64,000 bases of DNA from Dehalococcoidia bacterium (GTDB lineage Bacteria; Chloroflexota; Dehalococcoidia; Lucifugimonadales; UBA3495). Of the stretch, positions 20,779 through 32,958 are shown piece after piece. Position 1 is the stretch's first letter, and each line of letters starts with the position of its first letter. Made by a program: the position numbers and the translations under genes. Location of the stretch: assembly GCA_965222895.1 (NCBI GenBank), contig CBDCVB010000001.1, positions 105,884-169,883 on the forward strand, in the 5' to 3' direction. Below the pieces are notes generated by a model that saw only the letters and a program-made list of their open reading frames with translations, ran no database searches and was not told where the DNA came from.

Positions 20779-21675
20779 CTATGCGTCCCCGTCGCCAACT
20801 ATGGGTGCGACGGCTTCCGGTTGAATCTCATAGCCTCCGGCGGCGTACAGGTCGGCGCGGTCGGCTTCCGCGTGATCGCCGTGACCGGCCCGGCGGTACA
20901 AATGGGTGTACTCGTCGGAGTAGAGATGTGAGACGGCGACTTTCTCACCGGAGTTGGGGTCGAGCAGGCTGGGGTTCACCGCTTGCCCGACGATGATGAG
21001 GGCCTGCAGCGTGATTTTGGCGTCGCGCACTTTCTGCGCGATGTCTTCGAGCGTGCCCCGAATCACCAACTCTTCCGGCCAGCCGACTCGGTAAACCACT
21101 GCCACCGGCGTGTCGGCGGGATAGCCGGCTTCCTGCAGTTGGTTGGCGATGCGGAACATGCGGGTGACGCTGAGGAATATCACCAGCGTGCTGCCGTGGC
21201 GAGCCAGGTCAACCAGATCCTCGCCCTCTGGCATTGCCACCCGCCCCTCGGCGCGCGTCATGATGACGGTTTGGGACACTTCCGGTACAGTCAGCTCGGC
21301 CTTCAGCACGGCGGCGGCGGCGAAGGCGGCGCTGACGCCGGGGATAATCTCGTAGTCAACCTCCTCCGATTCCAGAATCCGCATTTGTTCCAGCGTGGCG
21401 CCGTACAGCGAAGGGTCCCCGCTCTGGATGCGCGAAACGGTTTTGCCGTCGGCCACGGCTTGCAGCGTCACCGACATGATTGCATCCAGCGACATATCCT
21501 TGCTGCCGTAGATCTGGGCGCCGGCATGGGCAAAACCGGCAATTGCTTCCGGCACCAGCGAGTCGGCGTAAATTATCACATCGGAGGTTTCAATCAACCG
21601 CTTGGCTTTCAGGGTCAGCAGTTCGGGGTCCCCGGGTCCGGCGCCGATGATATAAACCTTGCCCGCATTCGTCAT
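20779..21675 (-). CDS. cbiF: Cobalt-precorrin-4 C11-methyltransferase
   Basis: GAGPGDPELLT, SGDPSLYGA, ELTVPEVSQT, SHLYS. Confidence 0.93.
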   Translation of the reverse strand: MTNAGKVYIIGAGPGDPELLTLKAKRLIETSDVIIYADSLVPEAIAGFAHAGAQIYGSKDMSLDAIMSVTLQAVADGKTVSRIQSGDPSLYGATLEQMRILESEEVDYEIIPGVSAAFAAAAVLKAELTVPEVSQTVIMTRAEGRVAMPEGEDLVDLARHGSTLVIFLSVTRMFRIANQLQEAGYPADTPVAVVYRVGWPEELVIRGTLEDIAQKVRDAKITLQALIIVGQAVNPSLLDPNSGEKVAVSHLYSDEYTHLYRRAGHGDHAEADRADLYAAGGYEIQPEAVAPIVGDGDA

Positions 21676-21705
21676 GGGAAATGTCCTCCGCTGTGGTGGG
21701 CGTGT

Positions 21706-22434
21706 TTAGCGCCGGATGATTAGTAGGGAGAAGTAGTCCAGGTCTTCGTCGGTGAGTTCCCGAATGTCGCGCACCACCCGCTCGCGTTCGGTGGTGGCGC
21801 GGCGGACGTAGATGGTGCGACCGGCCAGACCCAGGCGCTCCAGATTGGCCAACGCATCCAGCAAGGTCCGGTTGACCTTCATCAGGACAATCGTATCGTA
21901 AAGGGCGATGGCTTCCCGCAGGTCATCAATGCCGTAAACGGCGGGAAGAATGGCGAGGCGCTGCCCGTGCGTTACCAGCGGAGCCACCGCCGAGGCCGCC
22001 GCTGCCATCACCGAGGATACGCCGGGAACGACTTCCACGGGCAGATGGGGGAATTCGTCCAGGATAGTTTCCAGTACATAGGCAAACGTGCTGTAGAGCA
22101 TCGGGTCGCCTTCCGTGATGAAGGCCACATCGCTGCCGGCTTCCAGGCGGTTGGCGAGCTCGCGGGCGGCGGCGCGCCAGACTTCCCCCGCAGCATCTTC
22201 GTCATTGGTGGGGAACGTGGCCCGTACCACTTCCTGTTTGTCCTCGTTGATGATGCCCTTGACGATGCTGTAGGCGTAACTTTCGACGCTGACGCCGGCC
22301 TGGGGAACCCAGATGACGGGCACGGATTGCAGCACACGCTGCGCCTTGACGGTCAGGAGTTCCGGATCGCCGGGCCCAACGCCGACACCGTAGAGGCGGC
22401 CAACCGGACCGGAACGGGGGGCTGAACTGGTCAT
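21706..22434 (-). CDS. cbiL: Cobalt-precorrin-2 C20-methyltransferase
   Basis: GVGVGPGDPELLTVKA, EGDPMLYST, LMKV, YFS; ATG overlaps the cbiT stop. Confidence 0.92.
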   Translation of the reverse strand: MTSSAPRSGPVGRLYGVGVGPGDPELLTVKAQRVLQSVPVIWVPQAGVSVESYAYSIVKGIINEDKQEVVRATFPTNDEDAAGEVWRAAARELANRLEAGSDVAFITEGDPMLYSTFAYVLETILDEFPHLPVEVVPGVSSVMAAAASAVAPLVTHGQRLAILPAVYGIDDLREAIALYDTIVLMKVNRTLLDALANLERLGLAGRTIYVRRATTERERVVRDIRELTDEDLDYFSLLIIRR

Positions 22435-23063
22435 CGTTGACCCCAAACAATAAACACCGGGTTGTATGCTTCCAGTCGCAGGGTTCCGTCGGGCAGTTCG
22501 CGGCCTCGCGAAGCCGCCACCATGGTCAATTCTGGTGAGAAGCCGGTTTCGCGCAATGCGCGGTAGGTGGAGTTGGCTCGCTCCATGACGGCGAAGTTGG
22601 CGACAACTCTACCGCCTGGACGCAGACGGCGGGTAACCTCCTCAAGTATGGGAAGAATATTCGCGCCGCCGCCGCCGATGAAAACCGAATCAGGATCGGG
22701 CAGGTCTGACAAAGCCGCCGGCGCCGAACCAATGACGATGCTGACTCGTCCTTCGCCGAACCGGGCCACATTGGCTTGCAGCAGGTGCGCACTCTCAGCG
22801 TCGCGGTCGATGGCGTAAACATGGCCCTTGAGAGCGATGCATCCCGCCTCGACAGCCACGGAGCCGGTGCCAGCCCCAATGTCCCAGACGATGCTGTCCG
22901 GGCGCAACCCAAGGTTGTAGAGGCTAACCGCCCGCGCTTCTGACTTGGTAATCTGCCCCCGTATGGGGCGGCGTTGGTCGAATGCGTCATCCGACAACCC
23001 CAGCGGTCGAATCTGGTCGATGCGGGCTGGCGTGGCGTCGTGGATGTTTTCAGTCCTTACCAT
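22431..23063 (-). CDS. cbiT: Cobalt-precorrin-6B C15-methyltransferase (decarboxylating)
   Basis: ITKSEAR, WDIGAGTGSV, VFIGGG, NPVFI. Confidence 0.9.
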   Translation of the reverse strand: MVRTENIHDATPARIDQIRPLGLSDDAFDQRRPIRGQITKSEARAVSLYNLGLRPDSIVWDIGAGTGSVAVEAGCIALKGHVYAIDRDAESAHLLQANVARFGEGRVSIVIGSAPAALSDLPDPDSVFIGGGGANILPILEEVTRRLRPGGRVVANFAVMERANSTYRALRETGFSPELTMVAASRGRELPDGTLRLEAYNPVFIVWGQR

Positions 23064-23072
23064 CGAGAGTTG

Positions 23073-24281
23073 TTACGCCGGTTCCCGCATGGGAATGCCG
23101 TCAGCCGATGTGCTGGCCGAACCGAGCAAATTCCCTTCGAAATCGAAGCACAGGGCATCCACGATGAGGGCTTCACCACCCGGGCCCAGGTAGGTGTGCG
23201 CCTGGTCGCAGACCAGTTGGCACATCAGCGGGAACACACCCATGACGTTGTGCTGCTGGGCCAGTTCCTGAAAATGGCGACCGCTGGCGGCGTTGCGCAT
23301 TTCTTCCTGCAGATTTGATGGGGCGCCGCACTGTGCCGCCAGGCTGGCGAGGAAATCGGTGTCCACCTGATTGCCGGCCACGTGGGTTACGAAATAGCCC
23401 ATTGCCATTTTGGAGAACTTGCCCACCATGCCGACGTGGGCGACTCTTTTGATGCCTTTGTTCAGGCAGCGTTTCATCGAAGGGCCAGAGAATATACCGG
23501 CTTCGACGTAGGCCATATCCGGCAAATCCAGCAGGAGTCGCGTGTATTCTTCGCTGCGGGTGCCAGTCGACAGAACGAGGTGATCGAGGCCGTTGGTGGC
23601 GGCGACGTCAATCGCCAGATGCACGCTGGCTCGCCACGCCGCGGTGCTGAAGGGCTGAACGACTCCGGTGCTGCCCAGGATACTGATACCGCCGAGCACG
23701 CCCAGGCGGGCGTTGGTAGTTTCCTTGGCGATTTCCTCGCCGTTGGGTACTGAAATACGGGTTCGCACGCCGGTGTCCGGGGGCCAACCGCATTCCACCA
23801 ACCCTTCCGCCACTGCATCTGCCATCATGCGGCGTGGCACGCGGGTAACTGCGGGCTCCCCGACCTCGATGCCGGTGCCGGGTCGGGTTACGGTGCCCAC
23901 GCCCGGCCCGCCGGTAATGTGCAAGCCCTTGTTGCCGTCGGGCAGCCGCCACACGCCTACGATAATTTCGGCGCCGTGGGTTACGTCAGGGTCGTCCCCG
24001 CCGTCTTTGATGACCGAGCACCGGACACCTTCGGCGGGATCCATCGGCCAGCTCCGGTGTATGGCGAGGGTGGCGCGCCCGATACCGCCGGGCAGAGGCA
24101 CCGAAACTGCTTCAGGAGCGGCGCCGGACAGCATCAGGATTACCGCAGCCTTGGCGGCGACGGCAGCGGTGGTGCCGGTGGTGTAGCCGGTGCGCATACC
24201 GCGAGGGTCGCGTTTGGTCGGACGTGAGTAGTCGCTTTCCGGCCTGGGTTCGTTGTTGGTTTCTGGCGTTTGCTTGGTCAT
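23073..24281 (-). CDS. cbiD: Cobalt-precorrin-5B C1-methyltransferase
   Basis: RTGYTTG, KDGGDDPDVTHG, NARLGVLGGISILG. Confidence 0.95.
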   Translation of the reverse strand: MTKQTPETNNEPRPESDYSRPTKRDPRGMRTGYTTGTTAAVAAKAAVILMLSGAAPEAVSVPLPGGIGRATLAIHRSWPMDPAEGVRCSVIKDGGDDPDVTHGAEIIVGVWRLPDGNKGLHITGGPGVGTVTRPGTGIEVGEPAVTRVPRRMMADAVAEGLVECGWPPDTGVRTRISVPNGEEIAKETTNARLGVLGGISILGSTGVVQPFSTAAWRASVHLAIDVAATNGLDHLVLSTGTRSEEYTRLLLDLPDMAYVEAGIFSGPSMKRCLNKGIKRVAHVGMVGKFSKMAMGYFVTHVAGNQVDTDFLASLAAQCGAPSNLQEEMRNAASGRHFQELAQQHNVMGVFPLMCQLVCDQAHTYLGPGGEALIVDALCFDFEGNLLGSASTSADGIPMREPA

Positions 24282-24495
24282 GATCCCCGTCGCGGTGCTC
24301 GCCGGTTACGCGCGGTCAACGCCGCGCAGTGGATATAATTCTACCCTATCGGGTATCGCCTGCAAAATTGGCTCGCGGTTGCACCAGTCTAACATCGGTG
24401 TGCCAATGCCAACCGTTCTCCGCCCTCGTTGACAGGCGCCGGTCAGAGTTCGGTATATTCCTATTGATCCGGTGCCAAGTCGACCCAGGGAAGCG

Positions 24496-25395
24496 TTACA
24501 GGCGTATTTGGGCTTCCCGCACCCGGTCGCCGGCTACCGCTACCAGCCGGTCATCTACCCCCAGAGGCGGGGCGACCCACATTGGTGTGTCCGGGTAGCT
24601 TTCTTGCAGCTGACGCATCGTGCCCAGCACGTTGCGCTGCAGGATGAGTCCAGGGAAAAAGACGTAGGGCACGCAGATGAGGCTGCCGATATTGCGGTCG
24701 TTCACCAGTTGCGCAACGGCGTCCTCCATCGTGGGGTCACCGTAGTGGGATTGAGCCACGGCCACCGCGAAATCGAGGCCCAGGTCCTGTTCGACCCAAA
24801 TGCCCAACTCTTTGAGCCAGATGCAATCGTCGTATCTGGTTTGAGTGCCGGCTTTGACGATGAGCACGCCGACGGGCCGGTCGTCCACCGGGCGGGCAGC
24901 CTCTTCGGGCAACGCGGCGATGCGGTCCCGCACCAGATCGGCGATGCGCAGGTCGGCGCCAAGGCCGTCGGCCAGGTATACGTCAACGGTCGGAGCCGCC
25001 TCGGCAATGTCCTCCAAAACCTCTTCCATTTCCAGGGTGGCGTGTTTGCCGTTGCCCAACAGGTAGGGTTGCACTACAACCTGGCTGACACCCTGTTTGG
25101 CCAGCATTGCGACGGCTTCCGGCGGGTGTGGCGGTAGAAACTCCAAACAGGACACCACAACTTGCTGAACCACGCCTTCCAGGCGGTCTTGCAATCGCAA
25201 GGCCACATCCCTGAGACCCACCGGCGTGTTGGGGCAACCGGGGCACCAGGAAGGGAACCGGGCGCCATCAGCCGACCAGGCGCAGGAACATTCATCGCGC
25301 GTGGCGCCACGCTGACTGCCGTGGCAGAGCAGCACGACGCCCCAGGATTCGGCGTCGGCAGATGGTGGGGTTGTGTATTCGAGATCAGCGGCCAT
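24496..25395 (-). CDS. cbiX: Sirohydrochlorin cobaltochelatase, two-domain CbiX type
   Basis: CHGS, LEF..P, PYLLGNGKH, second domain VPYVFFPG; ATG 25395 overlaps the cbiC stop. Confidence 0.82.
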   Translation of the reverse strand: MAADLEYTTPPSADAESWGVVLLCHGSQRGATRDECSCAWSADGARFPSWCPGCPNTPVGLRDVALRLQDRLEGVVQQVVVSCLEFLPPHPPEAVAMLAKQGVSQVVVQPYLLGNGKHATLEMEEVLEDIAEAAPTVDVYLADGLGADLRIADLVRDRIAALPEEAARPVDDRPVGVLIVKAGTQTRYDDCIWLKELGIWVEQDLGLDFAVAVAQSHYGDPTMEDAVAQLVNDRNIGSLICVPYVFFPGLILQRNVLGTMRQLQESYPDTPMWVAPPLGVDDRLVAVAGDRVREAQIRL

Positions 25396-26066
25396 CAGTT
25401 TTGGCCCTCCAGCAGGTCGAGCAACGCGTTGATGGTGGCCGCTGCCGCCGAACTTCCTCCGCGTCGGCCCAGGATTGTAATGTGGGGGACGCTGCGGGCG
25501 GCCAGCTCCCGCTTCGACTCCGGGCAGGCCACGAAACCCACCGGCATACCCACGACCGCGGCGGGAGCGACTTGTTCGGCGTCGATAAGGTCCAGGAGGG
25601 CCAGCAGTGCGGTGGGAGCGTTGCCGATTGCTACCACAGATCCATCGATGACCGGAGCCAGTTCCCGCACGGCGGCAACGCTGCGGGTGGTGTCCTCCCG
25701 TTGGGCGCGGGCGGCGACCTCCGGAGCGTCGATGAGGCAAGCGGTCTCGACCCCGGCCCTGGTCAACCCGGCTCGGGATATGCCCACCTGAACCATGCGC
25801 ACATCGGTTACAACCCGCCGGGCCTGCCGCAGGGAGTCCAATGCCGTCGCTACGGCGTTGGCGCTGAACCGCACGTCATCGGCGATGGCTGGGTCGCCCT
25901 CGGCGCGAACGATGCGATGCAGCACGTACCGCTCCTGTTCGTCAAGCTGATCTAACGCCTTGCTGCCAGCCAGGCTGTCGGCGACCATGACCAGGCTTTG
26001 GCGGTCAATTTCGTCGGGGAGCAGCGCGTATTTTTGGACTAGCGTCATAATTTGGACTAGCGTCAT
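25395..26066 (-). CDS. cbiC: Precorrin-8X methylmutase
   Basis: TDVRMV, TTRS, IGNAPTAL, GMPVGFV, GRRGGS. Confidence 0.93.
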   Translation of the reverse strand: MTLVQIMTLVQKYALLPDEIDRQSLVMVADSLAGSKALDQLDEQERYVLHRIVRAEGDPAIADDVRFSANAVATALDSLRQARRVVTDVRMVQVGISRAGLTRAGVETACLIDAPEVAARAQREDTTRSVAAVRELAPVIDGSVVAIGNAPTALLALLDLIDAEQVAPAAVVGMPVGFVACPESKRELAARSVPHITILGRRGGSSAAAATINALLDLLEGQN

Positions 26067-26068
26067 AA
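26033..26068. repeat. Perfect 18-bp tandem duplication spanning the cbiC start codon
   Basis: TTTGGACTAGCGTCATAA x2, giving MTLVQI-MTLVQK. Confidence 0.9.
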
Positions 26069-26077
26069 TAAGGTGGA

Positions 26078-26434
26078 CTAGCGATGGCCTTCAACGGGGA
26101 TCAGGCGATGGTGAACCGGGTCTACTGCGAAACCGAATCCTTGCAAGGTATGGTTGCCGAGCAATGGCATACAGTCATCCTCTCCAAATATGAACAGTTC
26201 GGGCAAGCTCTGGTCGTTGTATAACACGTCCACTATTCCCATCTGCACGGTGGTACGTGAGCCGTTGGCCAACGTGAAGGTTCGGGATGGCTGGTCGGCT
26301 CGCCAACCCATGTCCTCCAACAGGGCGGCGGGCAACTGACTGTAGGTTGCGCCGGTGTCCGCTTTCATACGCAGATTGCGCAGGTAAGACCCGTCGTTGG
26401 CCCAAATGCCCACCGTGTCGTAAACGTCGCCCAT
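26078..26434 (-). CDS. Retropepsin-like (clan AA) aspartyl protease
   Basis: ADTGAT, FTLANGS, PLLG..TL..FG..VDP; start at MGDVY. Confidence 0.8.
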   Translation of the reverse strand: MGDVYDTVGIWANDGSYLRNLRMKADTGATYSQLPAALLEDMGWRADQPSRTFTLANGSRTTVQMGIVDVLYNDQSLPELFIFGEDDCMPLLGNHTLQGFGFAVDPVHHRLIPVEGHR

Positions 26435-26454
26435 ATCAATATCAATACTAGGGG

Positions 26455-28932
<2,478 letters not shown>

Positions 28933-29149
28933 TGGAAGGAATCCCTCAACAATTCAACTGGTGGCGCCGCATCGGCGCTGGAAGCGGCGAAGGCCCATGG
29001 CAATGGGGCCTTGCTGCGGCTCTAATATAGCATACGCCTGTGGCGCCGGCGGCGGCTTTTGGCAAGTATATCATCGCCTTCGGGAGCGTTGGGCAGCGCT
29101 GACAACGCGGCAACCCGGGCCGGTGATGCGCGTCATGTCGCCGCGGCTC

Positions 29150-29295
29150 CTCACGCGTAGCCACTTTGTCATTGCGAGCGTAGCGTGGCAATCTCGCTGC
29201 CGCAGCAACCGCGGTTCGCCGACGTGTGTTCAACCGCATCGAGATTGCCACGTCGCTATGCTCCTCGCAATGACGGAATAAAGTGGGTACGCGTG
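29150..29295. mobile_element. MITE-like element family A, copy 1
   Basis: Arms CACGCGTA.CCACTTT/AAAGTGGGTACGCGTG; inner GTCATTGCGAG..GTGGCAATCTC palindrome; TCGCCGCGGCTC repeated on both flanks. Confidence 0.75.
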
Positions 29296-29402
29296 TCGCC
29301 GCGGCTCCAATTGACATATTCTGGATGCCACGTCTACAATTCCGGGCGGCATAATACGACTGTTGGACAGCAATAGATGCTTGCACACCCAACGCGCCGC
29401 CG

Positions 29403-30947
29403 TTGCTTCCCGTGAACGATCAATCCGGAGGCAACACCGGCTCCACTGCGCCTGACCCGGCTCAGGATCAAACAGTCGAAGGTGCACCCGAATATTTGCG
29501 AGTTGACCGACGGGCCGCCGCAATACGGATGCCGGTGCGGCGCCGGGTGCCGCCCCGCCGGTGGTCATCCACCCCGCTACTCTTGCTGGGTTTCTTCCTG
29601 CTGCTGAACATCGTCGGCGGGGTATTGCTGTGCCTGCCCATATCGGCGGCGGAGGGCACCGCCACCGAGCTGAGGGTGGGGTTTTTCACCGCCATTTCAG
29701 CCTCGACGGTAACGGGGTTGTTGCTGGTTGACACGCCAACCTATTGGTCGTTCGTCGGCCAGGTGGTCATCTTCTTCCTGATGTTAATCGGAGGACTGGA
29801 GTTCATCACGGCGGCCACCATATTGATTGTCGTGATTGGCCGGCGCGCCACGGTGATTGAGGAGGATGTGTATCAAGACACGGTGGGCGCCGGCTACATG
29901 AACAACATCCCGAAGGTTGCACGCAATATTGTGATTGCGTTTTTTATTGGATACCTGGCGGGCGCCGTGCTCCTGTTTTCCAAGATGAGGTCGGTGGACG
30001 ATTTCTCGCTGCCGGAAGCGGTGTGGCAATCCCTGTTCCTGTCTGTTTCGGCGCTGAACAATGCCGGTTTTTCCATCCTGCCCAACGCGGCCAGCGGCAA
30101 CAACGCCGATACGCTGGGCGCCCAGCCCTTCCTGATGGCCATTATCACGCCGATGATTATTCTGGGTGCGTTGGGCTGGCCTTTGTTCGTTGACATCAAG
30201 CGCAATTGGCGGTTCAGGTTTTCGCTCCGAGGCTGGCTGGCGAGCGGCCTCCCGGTGATGTTGCCGTTCAATTTTTCGAGACTCACGCTGGATACCAAGC
30301 TGGTGCTGATTCTCACGTCGACGCTGTATGTTTTCAGCGCGTTGATTTTCCTGTTTACGGAGTGGAATGGAGTGCTGGGCGGGCACGACGTACTGGGCAA
30401 GGTGGGCTCTTCGGTGTTCCACGGCGTCAGTGGCCGCACCGCCGGATTCTCGGCGCTGGATTGGGGAGCCACCGCCGATTTCACTTTGTTGGTGTTCGGC
30501 GGCCTGATGTTCGTGGGAGGGTCGACCGCCTCAGTATCCGGCGGCATCAAGGTGAACACTCTCGCGGTGTTGATGGTGGCGGCGCGTTCTTCGGCGCTGC
30601 GTCATCCGCGCACTGAGATATTCCGTCGGGAAATTGGCGCCGCTCTGGTGGCCCGGGCTTTGCTGGTTACGCTGCTGGGCATCCTGTACCTGGGGTTGGT
30701 GGTGCCAATCCTGACCTACCTGGAGCCGGATATACCCTTTGTGCCGCTGATGTTCGAGACCATTTCGGCGTTTGGCACCAATGGTATGTCGACTGGAATG
30801 TCTGCTCACCTCGGCCTTCCTGGAGCAATTATATTTATGATTACAATGCTGTTGGGGCGCGTGGGACCTCTGACCCTGGTGATGCTGTTGGCGCCCCGGG
30901 ACGATGCGTCCTACCGTTATCCGGTAGAACCAGTTAGAATTGGTTAG
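29403..30947 (+). CDS. ktrB: Ktr/Trk potassium uptake membrane subunit
   Basis: FTAISASTVTGL, NNAGFS, RTAGF, SAFGTNG, GRVGPLT; start uncertain. Confidence 0.88.
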   Translation: MLPVNDQSGGNTGSTAPDPAQDQTVEGAPEYLRVDRRAAAIRMPVRRRVPPRRWSSTPLLLLGFFLLLNIVGGVLLCLPISAAEGTATELRVGFFTAISASTVTGLLLVDTPTYWSFVGQVVIFFLMLIGGLEFITAATILIVVIGRRATVIEEDVYQDTVGAGYMNNIPKVARNIVIAFFIGYLAGAVLLFSKMRSVDDFSLPEAVWQSLFLSVSALNNAGFSILPNAASGNNADTLGAQPFLMAIITPMIILGALGWPLFVDIKRNWRFRFSLRGWLASGLPVMLPFNFSRLTLDTKLVLILTSTLYVFSALIFLFTEWNGVLGGHDVLGKVGSSVFHGVSGRTAGFSALDWGATADFTLLVFGGLMFVGGSTASVSGGIKVNTLAVLMVAARSSALRHPRTEIFRREIGAALVARALLVTLLGILYLGLVVPILTYLEPDIPFVPLMFETISAFGTNGMSTGMSAHLGLPGAIIFMITMLLGRVGPLTLVMLLAPRDDASYRYPVEPVRIG

Positions 30948-30952
30948 CGATT

Positions 30953-31612
30953 ATGGCAAATCAGATTTGCGTCATTGGCCTGGGTCGATTCGGGACCAAA
31001 CTGGCCAGCACCCTGTTTCAACGCCAGCACGAGGTGTTGGCGATCGACGCCGATGAGCAGAAGGTGCAGGCGATGCTGGGCCAGGTGACCTACGCCGTGG
31101 AAGCGGATGCGACCAATGAAACGGCGTTGCGTGATTTGGGCGTGGCGGATATGGATGTGTGCATCGTCGCGTTGGGCAGCCAGATTCAGTCGAGCATCAT
31201 CGCCACCATGCTTCTGAAAACTATGGGAGTGCCGTTCGTCATCGCCCGGGCAACTGATGCGCAGCACCGCGAAATCTTGCACCGAATTGGCGCTGACAAG
31301 GTAATATTCCCGGAAGAAGAGGCCGCGGTGCGCGCCGCCAGCCTGGATATGACCCCCAATGCGATAGAGTACATGGACATTACCGAATCCACCGGCGTAC
31401 ACAAGCTGCGGCCGCCAGAACGGATGCGGGGGCGACGGCTGCGGGATGTCGGGCTGGCGCAGGATTCCACCAACCCACGCCTGGCGGTGATGGTGTTGCG
31501 TCGCGCCAACGAATATATTCTGAACCCCCAGGATGATGAAGTAATCGCCGACGGGGACGTGCTGGTGGTGGTGGGAAGCCATGCTGAGATCGAACGGGCA
31601 TTTGCGCGTTAG
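30953..31612 (+). CDS. ktrA: Ktr/Trk potassium uptake RCK subunit
   Basis: VIGLGRFG, IGADKVIFPE, TrkA-C domain. Confidence 0.9.
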   Translation: MANQICVIGLGRFGTKLASTLFQRQHEVLAIDADEQKVQAMLGQVTYAVEADATNETALRDLGVADMDVCIVALGSQIQSSIIATMLLKTMGVPFVIARATDAQHREILHRIGADKVIFPEEEAAVRAASLDMTPNAIEYMDITESTGVHKLRPPERMRGRRLRDVGLAQDSTNPRLAVMVLRRANEYILNPQDDEVIADGDVLVVVGSHAEIERAFAR

Positions 31613-31712
31613 CCCGTGTTGACGTGATGTTGGCTGGCAAGACGAGCGTGGGCGGATACGACGAAGCTCGCGCGGCCGTCAGGCTTGCCGAGTCGCCCTG
31701 CTGGGAGACGCA

Positions 31713-32549
31713 ATGACCGAATGTATCGGCTACTTGGGACCGGCCGGGACCTACACCGAGCAGGCTGCGCTGCTGTACGCTCCGGAAGCCACCCTGACGC
31801 CGTATCCGACCATTAGCGCGGTTGGCGCCGCAGTGGCCAATGGTGAGCTGGACGCTGGCGTGGTGCCCATCGAAAACAGTTTGGAAGGGTCGGTAACGTT
31901 TACGCTGGACCTGTTGATTAGTCAGTCTGGGCTGTCGATTCGCAACGAGGTGGTAATTCCGATTGACCACTATCTGGTGGCGCCGCGGGGGGTAGAAGCG
32001 GACGCGGTGCGGGTGATTTATTCGCATCCGCAGGCGCTGGCACAGTGCCGCAGCTACCTGGAATCGCGGTTCCCACAGGCGCAAAACGAGGCGTCGTTGA
32101 GCACGGTTGCCGCCGTGGCTGATATGCAGGCGAGCGTGGTGCCGGCGGCGGCCATCTGTCCGCAGCGGGCGACGGAGATTTATGACGTGCAAGTGCTGGA
32201 CCGGGGAATTCAGGACAGCATGGTGAACCAGACGCGGTTTGCCGTCCTCGCGCGTGCCGACCACGCGCCAACCGGCCATGACCGCACATCGATTTGTTTC
32301 TCGTTTACGGTAGATCGGCCGGGGAGTTTGTACCATTGTATCGGCGAATTTTCGGAGCGGAATATTAATCTGGTCAAGGTAGAAAGCCGGCCCACGAAAC
32401 AGGCGTTGGGCAGGTATATCTTTTTGATTGATTGTATTGGGCACCGCGCGGAACCCGATGTAGCCGCAGCGCTGGAGGGTTTGCGCCAGCGCGTGGATAT
32501 GTTCAAGATACTGGGCTCGTATCCGTTGTGGGAACCGGCCGACGCGTGA
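31713..32549 (+). CDS. pheA: Prephenate dehydratase
   Basis: LGPAGT, PIENS, SHPQALAQC, NQTRF, ESRP. Confidence 0.95.
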   Translation: MTECIGYLGPAGTYTEQAALLYAPEATLTPYPTISAVGAAVANGELDAGVVPIENSLEGSVTFTLDLLISQSGLSIRNEVVIPIDHYLVAPRGVEADAVRVIYSHPQALAQCRSYLESRFPQAQNEASLSTVAAVADMQASVVPAAAICPQRATEIYDVQVLDRGIQDSMVNQTRFAVLARADHAPTGHDRTSICFSFTVDRPGSLYHCIGEFSERNINLVKVESRPTKQALGRYIFLIDCIGHRAEPDVAAALEGLRQRVDMFKILGSYPLWEPADA

Positions 32550-32567
32550 CCACGGCGTCGGGCGCTT

Positions 32568-32610
32568 CAAAAAGATAGAACCGGCCTGGCTGGTAGACCG
32601 GTTCGTTTTT
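32568..32610. terminator. Probable bidirectional intrinsic terminator
   Basis: GAACCGG..CCGGTTC stem with A-run before and T-run after, between convergent genes. Confidence 0.6.
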
Positions 32611-32670
32611 CGGCGAGTTTGAAGCTTTAACCCGCCAGCGGCACTGTTCCGCCAATGGAAATGTTCTGGT

Positions 32671-32904
32671 TTAACTGTGGGGATATGGCCCGTAGACTGC
32701 CACGGATGGGTCTGGCGTGTCGCTGCGGCGCAAGCCGGGGATGCGACTTTTCGACCGAGTGGAGCCGTATATCCTGCCGATGTTCCGCATGACTGCGCTG
32801 CGGGATTCATGACCGGAGTAGGGCGCCAGCAACAAACCGGCGACCACTCCCACCGCAGCGCCCGCTGCCAGCAAGCTGAGCGTCTGATTGGACCTCATGC
32901 CCAT
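32671..32904 (-). CDS. YtxH-like small membrane protein
   Basis: GAAVGVVAGLLLAPYSGHESR. Confidence 0.72.
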   Translation of the reverse strand: MGMRSNQTLSLLAAGAAVGVVAGLLLAPYSGHESRSAVMRNIGRIYGSTRSKSRIPGLRRSDTPDPSVAVYGPYPHS

Positions 32905-32958
32905 ATTGGACTCCCCGTTAGTATTTGACGGGCGTCGATATTCAACCTGTTGCAGTAG

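Noticed and set aside
24282-24495. Cobalamin riboswitch upstream of cbiD; antisense promoter
   Set aside because: No B12-box or GGGAA/GCCACTG core on the minus strand; the plus-strand TTGACA..TATATT has 19-bp spacing.
25396-25740. N-terminal extensions of track ORFs (cbiX; also VWA, DUF3800, protease, helicase)
   Set aside because: They overlap real genes or regulatory DNA; better starts with RBS or translational coupling exist downstream.
28933-29135. T-box leader for leuS
   Set aside because: No GGTGGNACC T-box or terminator on the minus strand; a -10-like TGCTATATT lies only about 90 bp upstream.
31380-32810. Long antisense ORFs (also 9970-11238, 53383-54378, 57619-58845)
   Set aside because: Shadow frames of GC-rich genes with no motifs.
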